64,000 nt of DNA from Octopus vulgaris (Eukaryota): the NCBI GenBank assembly GCA_951406725.2, contig OX597820.1, forward strand, positions 35,402,001 through 35,466,000, read 5' to 3'. Below are positions 13,029 through 25,424 of this stretch, one piece after another. The notes beneath the pieces are model-generated. The model was not told the DNA's origin. It saw only the letters and a list, made by a program, of their open reading frames with translations, and ran no database searches. The translations under genes were made by a program, and so were the position numbers. The stretch's first letter is position 1. Every line of letters begins with the position of its first letter.

Positions 13029-13521
13029 CACATGCCATACATATATCGGTCACGTGTCATATATACATATGTATGTATGTATGTATGCATATATAAATGT
13101 CTGTGCGTACGGAATGAGGTGTCATCTTCATGAATATCACCTTGCCATTATGTACTTGTTTACAGAATTCTACGAATTTCATACCAACGTGGCTCCTTGT
13201 TGATAGACGAGTACAGAATGCCATCAACAATCACAAATACGCGTGGAAACCTGTGGATATACACAGAGTGAAAGATTGATAAAAACACAAAACTCTCTCC
13301 CTCTTTCTTTCATTCTTTCTCTACCCCCTCCTCTCTCTTCCTCACACACACACACACACACGCACACATACACACATACATATACACATATACAGAAGAC
13401 AAAGTGATGCATATACATAAACGCATGCATGTTTGTACGGGATTTGCTGAGTCTAGGAAACGGATGGCGCCGAATATGCATATACATATGTATGTAGTTA
13501 TGTATGTGTATGTATGTTTGC

Positions 13522-13635
<114 letters not shown>

Positions 13636-13656
13636 ATATATGTATATATGTATATA

Positions 13657-13747
<91 letters not shown>

Positions 13748-14050
13748 CTGATATTATTGCATATCTGGCATGCATATGTTTGTTTATGAAAATATTCCCA
13801 CCTGTTGAGTTGCCGCTGAAAATAAAGACAAATAGTGGAATGGAAAAGGAAGAGGCGAACAAACTAGATTATGGCTTGTTTATGTGTTTGTGTGTGCATC
13901 TATATATAGACACACACACACACACACACACACACACATTGTTCATATCGATATAAACATGCATAAATAATAGTTCCGTGATCGGGTGTGTGTGTGAGTG
14001 CATATATATATATATATATATATACATATATAAATATATATATATGTATG

Positions 14051-14109
<59 letters not shown>

Positions 14110-14291
14110 TTATATATGCATGTAGAATTAGAATGGAACGCTTCTTGTAAACAATGAACAGTGCAACGAATATGGAGGTCATCCTACAGCTACATACCAA
14201 TGTTTGTGTGTGCTTGTATAGATACATACAAACACTCACACGCACACACATATTTATAAATATGCATGCATACATATAGATATAAATATGC

Positions 14292-14394
<103 letters not shown>

Positions 14395-15059
14395 ATTGTT
14401 ATCGTTGCTGTTGTTTTAGCTACTGTACTTGTTGTTTCTGATCCTGTTTCTCTTGTTCACGCTGCTATCATCATGCCAGTGTTTACTAACATTCTTCTCA
14501 TTATTATGTGGCCTTGTCTTGTCTATCTTTCTGCACGATTGCTCTTTTTGTTTTGTCTCTCTCCACCTCTCCCTTTCTCTCGCTCTCTCTCTCTCTCTCA
14601 CTCTCTCTTCCTCTCAGTCTGTCTCTCTGTTTCTCATTGCACTTATATGCGTGCATATATACACACACACATGCATGCATACATTCATATATATATATAT
14701 ATATGAAAGGAACAGGAAACAAAAACATATATGATGGCCAAGGTCTTGCTCTATTCCTCATTAGTTATTGGACCAAATATCTTCACGATTTCAACACCTT
14801 CCGACGATACTGTTCAATTTGGCGAAGTCAACAACATAAGCTTTTGGGGGTATAAATGGGCACACTTGATAGACAAACGGGAAAACGAAAGAGTGAGAGG
14901 AGTAAAATAACATGCAAATGTGAACGGTAAATAAAGAAACAAGGTGAACGTAAGAAGAAAAAAATATAGGTATAACAAATAAACAAAAGCACTAAGAGAA
15001 GAAAGAGAAAATGGACATAGAGAGATACTCGTATGCATAAAATGTCTTCCGACTAAGCG

Positions 15060-15367
15060 ACAAAAATACACAGGCTTATAAGGCGCACCCCTGCAGCTAA
15101 TCTCGAACCCCCAATCTGAATAGGCTTTCATGAACAGGAACTCTGAAAAATTTAGTCTGACGTCCTTTGGCAAGGTAAGCCAAGTTACAATAGTTACCTT
15201 AATACTACCAAATATCACCACTGACCTCCATTATCACTAATATAATCCATCTTTAATAATACTAACCAAATCTACCCAAAGCCTGACCTTCAATATGTAA
15301 GGCACAGAAGTACTTTGGAAAGAACTTTTGGGGGAAAAAATGCGCTTTATATGCTAGAAAATACGGC
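15060..15367. mobile_element. Degenerate pogo/Tc2-like MITE
   Basis: Right end TGCGCTTTATATGCTAGAAAATACGG is TIR-like; left has matching TTATAAGGCGCA, otherwise decayed. Confidence 0.4.
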
Positions 15368-16115
15368 ATGTAGTGCTGTTCGACCTAACGGTAGTAGGAA
15401 AGATGCTGGACTTTCTAGGTTTTGCAAAATATCTAAAAAGAAATTTTAAGAAGCTCATTTAAAATTAGACAAGCCAGGAACCGGAACTAAATTTATAGTC
15501 TAAGACAAATCAAGAGCCGAAAAATGGCATCTAACCATAAAATGCTCCCCCCACAAAAAAAAAAAGAAAGAGAGAGAGAAACAAGATGGGTAGCTTGAAA
15601 ATGGAAAATTGGAAAGGGTGAAATGAAAAGAGTACAGGTGGGTGAGAGAAAGACAAAGAATGAGAATTAGGAGGAGTGATACAGAGAAAAAGAAGAGCTT
15701 AGATGGACAAAACGGAAAACGAAAGAGATGGAAATTTTGTGATGAACAGATATTAAAAAGGAAGGAAGGTCCAAAAATGCATCGAGAGAATAAAATACGA
15801 AGAAGACAAAGCAGAAAGCGACAACGATAGAAAGACAAATGGTTGAAAGCGTTGAAAGAAGATACGTGAATAGAGAAAAAGATGAGAGAAATGAAGTGAA
15901 CTATGCATACAGAAACAGCAAAAGGAGCGTATAAAAAAGAATTGAAGAAAGAACAGATAGGAAGATAGATACGTAGACAGAGATAGAATGATAGATAGGG
16001 AGAAAGTTAGGAGGGATAGGTACACAAATAGAGAATGAAAGATAGAGAGATTGTTTGATGATAATGGTAAGCAGAAGAGGCAATACAAAGGTTAAAAGTA
16101 AAGATAGATAGCTAC

Positions 16116-16262
<147 letters not shown>

Positions 16263-16265
16263 TAT

Positions 16266-16312
<47 letters not shown>

Positions 16313-16594
16313 TAGAGAGAGAGAGAGAGAGAGATAGATAGATAGATAGAGAGATAGATAGATTTTTTGTTACAGTTATGACAAAAAATATGGCAGCGAG
16401 CTGTTAGAATCTTTAGGGCTTTAGGCAAAATGCCTTGCTGTGTCTCTTCTAGCTATTTAAAGCTCTAATTTCAAATCTCACCGAGGCTAACTCTGTCTTT
16501 CGTCCATGCACGATCAATAAAATGTAATAACAATCGATTAATCCCACTCTCCTTAAAATTGCTGTCCTTGTACCATATTCAGAAATGATATATT

Positions 16595-17622
16595 CTTTTC
16601 TACTCTAGGCACAAGGCTCGAAATTTTGGGGGAGGGACCAGTCGATTAGATCAACCCCAGTACGCAACTGGAACTTAATTTATCGACCCCGAAAAAGTGA
16701 AAGGCAAAGTGGACCTCGGGGAATTTGAACTCAGAACGTAAAGACAGACAAAATACCTATTTCTTTACTACCCACAAGGAGCTAAACACAGAGAGAACAA
16801 ACAAGGACAGACACACGGATTAAGTCGATTATATCGATCCCAGTACGTAACTTGTACTTATTTAATCGACCCCGAAAAGATGAAAGGCAAAGTCGATCTC
16901 GGCGAAATTTGAACTCAGAACATAAAGACAGACGAAATATCACTAAGCATTTCGCCCGGAGTGCTTACGTTTCTGCCAGGTCGCCGCCTTTCAGAAATAA
17001 CTTTTCTTTCTTTTCTACTCTAGGCAGAGGCCCGAAATTTTGGGGGAGGGACCAGACGATTAGATCGACCTTTGTAAGCAACTGGTACTTACTTTATCGA
17101 CCTCGAAAGGAATTAAAGGCAAACTCGACTTCAGCGGAATTTGAACTCAGAACATAAAGACAGACGAAATATCACTAAGCATTTCGCCCGGCGTGCCAAC
17201 TATTCTGCCAGTTCGCCGCCTTTCAGACATAATATTCTTTTTTAATCGCCTACGAGGGGTAAAACATAAAGGGGACAAACAAGGGGTTAAGTCGACATCG
17301 ACGCCAGTACGTAACTGGTACTTTACGACCCCCCCGAAAGGCAAAGTCGACCTTACATTTGAACTCAGAACGCAGCGGCGGACGAAATACCTATTTCTTT
17401 ATTACCCACAAGGGGCTAAACATAGAGGGGACAAACAAGGACAGACATAGGTATTAAGTCGATTACATCGACCCCAGTGCGTAACTGGTACTTAATTTAT
17501 CGACCCCGAAAGGATGAAAGGCAAAGTCGACCTCGGCGGAATTTGAACTCAGAACGTAACGACAGACGAAATACCGGTAAGCATGTCGCCCGGCGTGCTA
17601 ACGTTTCTGCCAGCTCGCCGCC
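16595..17622 (-). mobile_element. Head-to-tail cluster of about 5 SINE family A units
   Basis: Repeated GAATTTGAACTCAGAAC / CGACCCCGAAAGGATGAAAGGCAAAGTCGACC blocks. Confidence 0.9.
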
Positions 17623-17826
17623 TTTGAGAAATAATATGTTATGACACCAATAGTTAAAGCATTGTGAAGGCATGTGTCCGCCTTGTTAGAATGTTGGACC
17701 GACGTCCGTATGGTTTGGAGTTCGATTCTTGAACCGGGTGGTGTTGTATTCTTGAGTAAAGATTTTTATATCATGTTGCTTTAGTTTACTCAACGGAAAA
17801 TTAGAACCAGCTGAATACAGGTGCAT

Positions 17827-17886
<60 letters not shown>

Positions 17887-18404
17887 ATTCCACTGGGTCA
17901 TTCATGAGTTGAAGAGCCAAAAGGGTATTCATGTCTATTGCTGACTACACAAGCACTTTAAACAATCGGGAAAAACATGTTACATGCTATCAACACTTAT
18001 TGGCTGGCGAGTAACAGCTGCAATTAAGGGTGTTAATACTGACAACAATCACCAACAACAGCAGCGAAGAGCTCAGCATATTATACCCTATTATACTATT
18101 GATGAAAATAATTGAATGAGGGACAGGACCGACTAGATATATTAGTATGCATAAGAATAAAGATTTTATACCATTAACTGCAGCGAGAAAGACTACCACA
18201 TGTTACAGTTTGACATACGTTTCAACATCAAGCGCAAGCTGTACAGGAGTTCAAGCTATGAGGATAACAAACATCACACGGTAAAAATTAGTTACATGAA
18301 AAAACACCATTAGCAATGGCCGTGAAAAATATGGGAGATTTTTCTGCGTTATCTTGTACAAGCATCAAAAACATTATGACAATCAACAGAACTATAGATA
18401 CAAG

Positions 18405-18745
18405 TGAAGACGCATGGCTCAGTGGTTAGAGCGTCGAGCTTACGATCGTGAGGTTGTAAGCTCGAATCCCGGACCGGGCTGCGTGTTGTGTTCTTGAGCA
18501 AGGCACTTTATTTCACGCTGCTCCAGTTCACTCAGCTGTAGAAATGAGTTGCGACGTCACTGGTGCCAAGCTGTATCGACCTTTGTCTTTCCCTTGGATA
18601 ACACTAGTGGCGTGGAGAGGGGAGGCTGGTATGCATGGGCGACTGCTGGTCTTCCGTAAACAACATTGCCCGGACTTGTGTCTAGGAGGGTAACTTTCTA
18701 GGTGCAATCCCATGGTCATTCATGACCGAAGGGGGTCTTTACCCT
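18405..18745 (+). mobile_element. SINE family C, full length with target-site duplication
   Basis: tRNA-like head TGGCTCAGTGGTTAGAGCG..CTCGAATCCC; 12-bp TSD TATAGATACAAG at 18393-18404 and 18746-18757. Confidence 0.92.
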
Positions 18746-19714
18746 TATAGATACAAGCAAAGTGGCAATCTAGTAGAATAGTTAGGACGTCCGACAAACT
18801 GCATTTATTCCGACTCTTTATCTTTGAGTTCAAATTCCACCGACGTCAGTAATCATTTTCATCCTTTTGGGGTCAATAAAATAAGAACCTGTTGAGCATT
18901 AGAGACCGATGTAATCGATTGGCTTTCTCCCACTAATATTGCTGATCTTGCGTCAAAATTAGAGAAAAATATATACGAAAAGAGACGCGTGGTGTAATGG
19001 CTAGACTGCTAGGCTTTCGACCATAACATCGTGGGTTCGATTCCCGATCCGAGAAATTCGTTTTGTCCTTAAGCAAAGCACGTGTCTGAGGCTTGTATAT
19101 GTGGTAAGTGCCGAGCAATGATGAAAGGTGCCTGTGTAATGTGATGCTCGAAGCTGTGAAGACTCGAAGTTGTGAAGATCAGACGTCATGATGAAGGGTG
19201 AGTATGCGATGTGACGCTAGGAGCATTGATAATGCTGCATAAACGTGCAAGGTGTCTGTGTGACGTGACGCGAGCATCTTTAATGGTGTTGTGTAATAGT
19301 GCAGAGTAATGGTGTAACTTACGTTAGTAGCGGTGATGGCGTTGTTTAATGATGACGGTGTATGATTTTAAAAATAATGTAGAACATACAAGCAGTAATA
19401 CTGCGCTGTCAATTATATTGTTAAAAACGACATTGATCATTTTTCGTTCCGCTGGTTCTATGGACACTTTGCCATGGAAACGGTGTGACGTCAAACTTAA
19501 GCTGATGCTTTCACCATAGATATGAAGAGTAAAATTGAACGACAAGGAGAGAAAGAAGAACGACAAGGAGAGTGTGGCGATTACACAGTTGGTCGGAGAA
19601 AGCAGAGTCTTAGAAAGGGGAGTAACGGGTGTGGCGAACAGTTGGTGTAGTGCGTGAGAGGGAGAAGGGCAAACTAGGTGAGAGATATAGACTAAGAGAG
19701 AGAGAGAGATAGAC

Positions 19715-19746
<32 letters not shown>

Positions 19747-19996
19747 GAGAGAGCAAGCGATTTCAGAGTTATTGGATGGTGAAGCGGGGAAATTTTAAAA
19801 GGTAAGTGGATAGAGTGCTGGAGGAGAAAATGGGAGAGTGTGGAAAACAGAGAGAGAGAAGGGGTGGGAAGAGAGAGGGGGAAGAGACAAGGAGAGAGAG
19901 AAAGTTAAAATATTGAGTGAGGGAGGGAGTTTGGGAATTTGGATATAAAATCAGTGTTAAAAGTAAAGGACAAAGTATTTGAAAGGAGGAAAAAAA

Positions 19997-20100
<104 letters not shown>

Positions 20101-20192
20101 TGTATGTATGCATGTATGTATGTATGTACGTAAATATGCAAATACATACAAGACTATGTGCGTGTGTGTGTGCGCGTACGCATATGCATATA

Positions 20193-20273
<81 letters not shown>

Positions 20274-20419
20274 TTTACTTGTTTCAGTCATTGAAATGCG
20301 GCTATGCTGGAGTACCGTCTTGAAGAGTTTAGTCGAACAAATCGCTCCAGTACTTAAGACAATACAGGTTATTCAGCGGTGTACATACACACACACACAT
20401 ACACACATACACTTATATG

Positions 20420-20460
<41 letters not shown>

Positions 20461-20528
20461 CTATATATACTTGTAAGTAAATTTGTTTGACGGAAACCGT
20501 ACGGAAGCCCATCGTATGCGTGTGAGCA

Positions 20529-20579
<51 letters not shown>

Positions 20580-20604
20580 ATACGATGGGCATTCATATAT
20601 GTGA

Positions 20605-20653
<49 letters not shown>

Positions 20654-21305
20654 TACGATGGGCTTCCGTACAGTTTCCGTCAAGCAAATTTACTCGCTAG
20701 GCATTAGTCGGCAGGTGATACTTGTCCAAGGTGCTGCCTACTGGAACTGACCTTGAAACCACCTGATAACAAAGCGACCTTTTTAACCACACAGCTATAC
20801 CAAATGCATGCGCGCGCACACACTCACACATGCACACAGTCACTCAAACACAAGTGTGCGCACACACACAGAGAAGCATAAACACACACACACTCACACA
20901 CACACATTGAAAACATAAAAGTAATGGAAAGAAATGACAAGACACTTGAGTAGGGGAAGGTTAAAATTTTAAATGAAAAGTGAAGAGAAGGAATCCGTAT
21001 GCAGGAGAACAGAGAGAAAGGTTGTTGGAGAGAGAGAGAGGGAAAAAGAGAGAGAGAAAGAGATATAAAAAGATCAGAGAAAGACAGGAGAAGCCGAGGT
21101 GTGAGGGAAAGTTTAAATGAGAAATGTAAAAGAGGATTATGTGCGTGTGTGAGAGAGGGGAGTAGAGCTGAGGAGAGCTGAGAGGAGTGATGAAAGGAGA
21201 GAAGAAACAGATAAAAGAAAACAGACAGACAGACAGACTGGAGAAAATGGAACAAATATGAGAGTAATTTCTCAGGAAACGGGAGAAAATATAGATGATA
21301 TGTAG

Positions 21306-21402
<97 letters not shown>

Positions 21403-21486
21403 TCATGTATATAAATATATGTATATACATATATACATACATATATGCATAAATATCCATACGTGCACATGTATATAGACACACAC

Positions 21487-21532
<46 letters not shown>

Positions 21533-22050
21533 GCGGCTAAGTAGCTGGTAGAGGGGAGATGTGATAATTACGATCAACAGTGGAGAATATGGAGAGAAAG
21601 AGAGAGAGAGAGAGAGGGGCGGGGGGGGGCTAGACAGAGATAGTGAGATGGCAATAAAAGAAAGAAGCAACATGGCGGCCGATATAATGGGCGAAAAGTG
21701 TAAAGATGGAGATTGTATGTACATAGAGATGGGAAGGGGAAGGTGAAATGATAATGAATTGTATTGAGTGATAAGTAATAGGATAAAAATGGAAAAGATG
21801 AAAGACTCAAGGCTATAGCATGGGTGGGGTAAAGAATATGAAGACAATAAGGAAGGTAAGTAGAGAGCGTTGATGGTGGAGGTGGTGGTGGTGGTGGTGG
21901 TGGTGGTCTTTTTGAAATATTGATTTATTACATTTATGCGCATACATATGCATACACATACACAGGCATACACATACGTAAGATTAGTATCTGCTTTGGG
22001 GATCACATACATGCCAACACAGATGTGTGTTTGTATAAACACATACATTC

Positions 22051-22099
<49 letters not shown>

Positions 22100-22129
22100 C
22101 ACATATATGTATTTATGTATCTATCTATC

Positions 22130-22193
<64 letters not shown>

Positions 22194-22467
22194 TATGCAT
22201 ATATCTGTATCATTATATATGTATATATACATACACGTGCATATATTTATGTGTATGTATAAAGAATATTCCCTTACATGCATTCAGACACACATACACG
22301 CACATGTTATCTATGTGAGTTTGTGTGTTTGTCCACAGAACCCACTCACATTCATAAACGATAAGCAGTTGAACAATTTTACGGACCAAAGATACTCCTA
22401 TATTGAATGGTGAGAACCTCCAATACTCTCAAACAGAGTGAGTATTGGAAACAAAATTGTGGAGATT

Positions 22468-23112
22468 CTTTTCTACTCTAGGCACAAGGCCCGAAATTTT
22501 GGGGGAGGGGCCAGTCGATTAGATCGACTCCACTATGCAACTGGTACTTAATTCATCGGCGAGCTGGCAGAAACGTTAGCACGCCGGGCGAATGCTTAGC
22601 GCTATTTCGTCTGCAGCTACTTTTCTGAGTTCAAATTCCGCCGAGGTCGACTTTGCCTTTCATCCTTTCGGGGTCGATTAAATAAGTACCAGTTACGCAC
22701 TGGGGTCGATATAATCAACTTAATCCGTTTGTCTGTTCTTGTTTGCCCCCTCTATGTGTAGCCCTTTGTGGGTAGTAAAGAAATAGGTACTTAATTCATC
22801 GATCCCGAAAGGATGAACGGCAAAGTCGACCTCGGCGAAATCTGAACTCAGAACGTAAAGACAGACGAAATACCTATTTCTATTTCTTTACTACCCACAA
22901 GGGGCTAAACGCAGAGGAGACAAACAAGGACAGACAAACGGATTAAGTCGATTATATCGACCTCAGTACGTAACTGGTACCTATTTAATCGACCCCGAAA
23001 TGATGAAAGGTAAAGTCGACCTCGGTGGAATTTGAACTCAGAACGTAGCGACAGATGAAATACTGCTAAGCATTTCGCCCGGCGTGCTAACGTTTCTGCC
23101 AGCTCGCCGCCT
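22468..23112. mobile_element. Composite SINE family A cluster with an internal inverted copy
   Basis: Minus-strand unit interrupted at ~22558 by a plus-strand unit (to ~22786), then minus units resume. Confidence 0.85.
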
Positions 23113-23717
23113 AACAAAATTGTGAAGATTGTTATCAAAATGATGACTTCGGAGAGTAGTCGAGTTGGCAATGTCGGATAGAAGGCCTTACAGTATTTGT
23201 TCTAGCTCTCCATGTTCTGCATTCGAATTTTGTCGAGGTCAACTTAGCATTTCATTCTTCCAGAATCAATACATTTTATACCAGAATGCAGAATCGTTAG
23301 CGCGCCGACTAATATTCTTAGCAGCATTTGTTCAGGCGTTTTGCACACTGAGTCAAAATGTTGCCAACGTCAACTTTGCCTTACACCTCTTCGGAGGTCG
23401 ATAAAATAAAGTACTAGTCATTTACTGAGACCGATGTTGTTGACCTCTCCGCCCCTTGCCCTCAAAATAACTGGTCTTGTGCCAGAACTAAATCGAGTTG
23501 GCAGAATTGTTAACGCGCCGGGCAAAATTCTTAGCGGCATCTCGTCTGTTTTTACGTTCTGAGTTCAATGCCACCGATGTCAACTTTGTCTTTCATCCTT
23601 TCGAGGTCGATAAAATAAGTACCATTTAAGCACTGGGGTCGATGTAATCAACTTATTCCCTCCTCCGAAGTTGCTGGCCTTGTGTCAAAATTTGAAATCA
23701 TCATTATTATTAGAATC

Positions 23718-24325
23718 AAAAGTTTTGAATGGTACAGCAATGCACTAAAGGGTAAAGACCTCCTTCGGTCATGAATGACCATGGGATTGCACCTAGAAAG
23801 TTACCCTCCTAGACACAAGTCCGGGCAAGGTTGTTTATGGAAGACCAGCAGTCGCCCATGCATACCAGCCTCCCCTCTCCACGCCACCAGTGTTATCCAA
23901 GGGAAAGACAAAGGTCGAAACAGCTTGGCACCAGTGACGTCGCAACTCATTTCTACAGCTGAGTGAACTGGAGCAGCGTGAAATAAAGTGCCTTGCTCAA
24001 GAACACAACACGCAGCCCGGTCCGGGATTCGAGCTCACAACCTCACGATCGTAAGCTCGACGCTCTAACCACTGAGCGCCATGCACTATAATACAGACAA
24101 TGGAGTATATACCAGTTGTAATTTAGTCAACCATAGTCTGATATGTTATTTCGGAATAAAAGAAAAGCCGTTAGAAAACCGATTGTAGCAACAACTCCAT
24201 CTAAGAATATCTGAAGTAAGAATATTATTCCGAAATATCATATCAGACTATGCATGACTAAATTACAACAGGTATGTAGTCCATTGTCTGTAATTTAGTA
24301 TATTGTTGTACCATTCAAAATTTTT
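23718..24325. mobile_element. Foldback/MITE-like inverted repeat interrupted by the SINE C insertion
   Basis: Arms 24092-24158 / 24225-24291, extendable by 23718-23748 / 24293-24322 once the SINE is removed. Confidence 0.7.
23750..24080 (-). mobile_element. SINE family C with 8-bp TSD
   Basis: Near-identical to 18405 copy; ATGCACTA at 23740-23747 and 24081-24088. Confidence 0.9.
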
Positions 24326-24390
24326 TATTCTTTACAAACAATACACAATGCTTCAAGCGAACTACAATACTCTACTGTCATTATTATTAA

Positions 24391-24473
<83 letters not shown>

Positions 24474-24503
24474 TTATTATCATTATTATCATCATCATCA
24501 TCA

Positions 24504-24558
<55 letters not shown>

Positions 24559-24789
24559 ATGTACATAAAGGCAGCGAGCTAGCAGAATATAGCACGCCGG
24601 ACAAAATGCTTCGCGGCATTTCGTCCGTCTTTACGTTCTGAGTTCAAATTCCACCGAGTTCGACCTTGCCTTTCAGGGTCGATTAAATAGGCACCAGTTA
24701 CGCACTAGGGTAGATGTAATCGACTTAATTCCTTCCCCCAAATTTGAGGCCTTGTGGTTCCAGTAGAAAGTGTTATAATTATTATTTTA

Positions 24790-25028
24790 ATATCTCAGAT
24801 GCTCAACTTCTACCGTGAACCTATAGTTGAACCGATTACTGTACCAGCTCTTCACTACTCGTGAACTAAGGTGATATCTTATTTTCCAGTCCCTAAAACT
24901 TTGCAGAGACTCCATGCACTGCTTAGTAATACTGTTTTATAGATATGCTTTATGTTCACTTTCATGCTGATCTTGTCCAACTTTTTGCAGTTTCTTTGCT
25001 CATGTTCTAGGGTACCAACAATTACTGG

Positions 25029-25030
<2 letters not shown>
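24790..25030 (-). mobile_element. Dong/R4 3'-end fragment
   Basis: Minus-strand translation (with a frameshift) PVIVGTL..KKLDKI..KHIYKTVLLSSAWSLCKVL resembles the C-terminus of the element at 1-775; lies upstream of TAA-rich tracts. Confidence 0.65.
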
Positions 25031-25095
<65 letters not shown>

Positions 25096-25222
25096 TTCGA
25101 GACAAAACCACTATTTTGCAAATCAAACAAGGAAAGACTTAATCAATACATAAAAACTTTTTAATATAAAGTAAATAAATAAATAAAGTAAATAAATAAA
25201 TATACATATATGTATATACATA

Positions 25223-25271
<49 letters not shown>

Positions 25272-25272
<1 letters not shown>

Positions 25273-25424
25273 GGTACCGGGTTGAGTCGGGGTTAACCAC
25301 AGTAAATAAGGTATTCAATACATAGCAGAGTAAAGTAATTTATTTTATAGAAGGAGCTTCTACAGGACTAGAACTGTTTCATTCAAAAGAAATCATCAGA
25401 GCTTCCTGATGATTTCTTTTGAAT
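25272..25424 (-). mobile_element. Second copy of the 8754 PLE-type remnant with hammerhead core (CUGAUGA...GAAACAG..CUGUA)
   Basis: Homology to 8754-8958; short inverted duplication truncates stem I. Confidence 0.7.

Noticed and set aside
18405-18480. tRNA genes at SINE heads (also 3454, 18985, 56120)
   Set aside because: A/B boxes are present but the cloverleafs are imperfect and continue into multicopy repeat bodies
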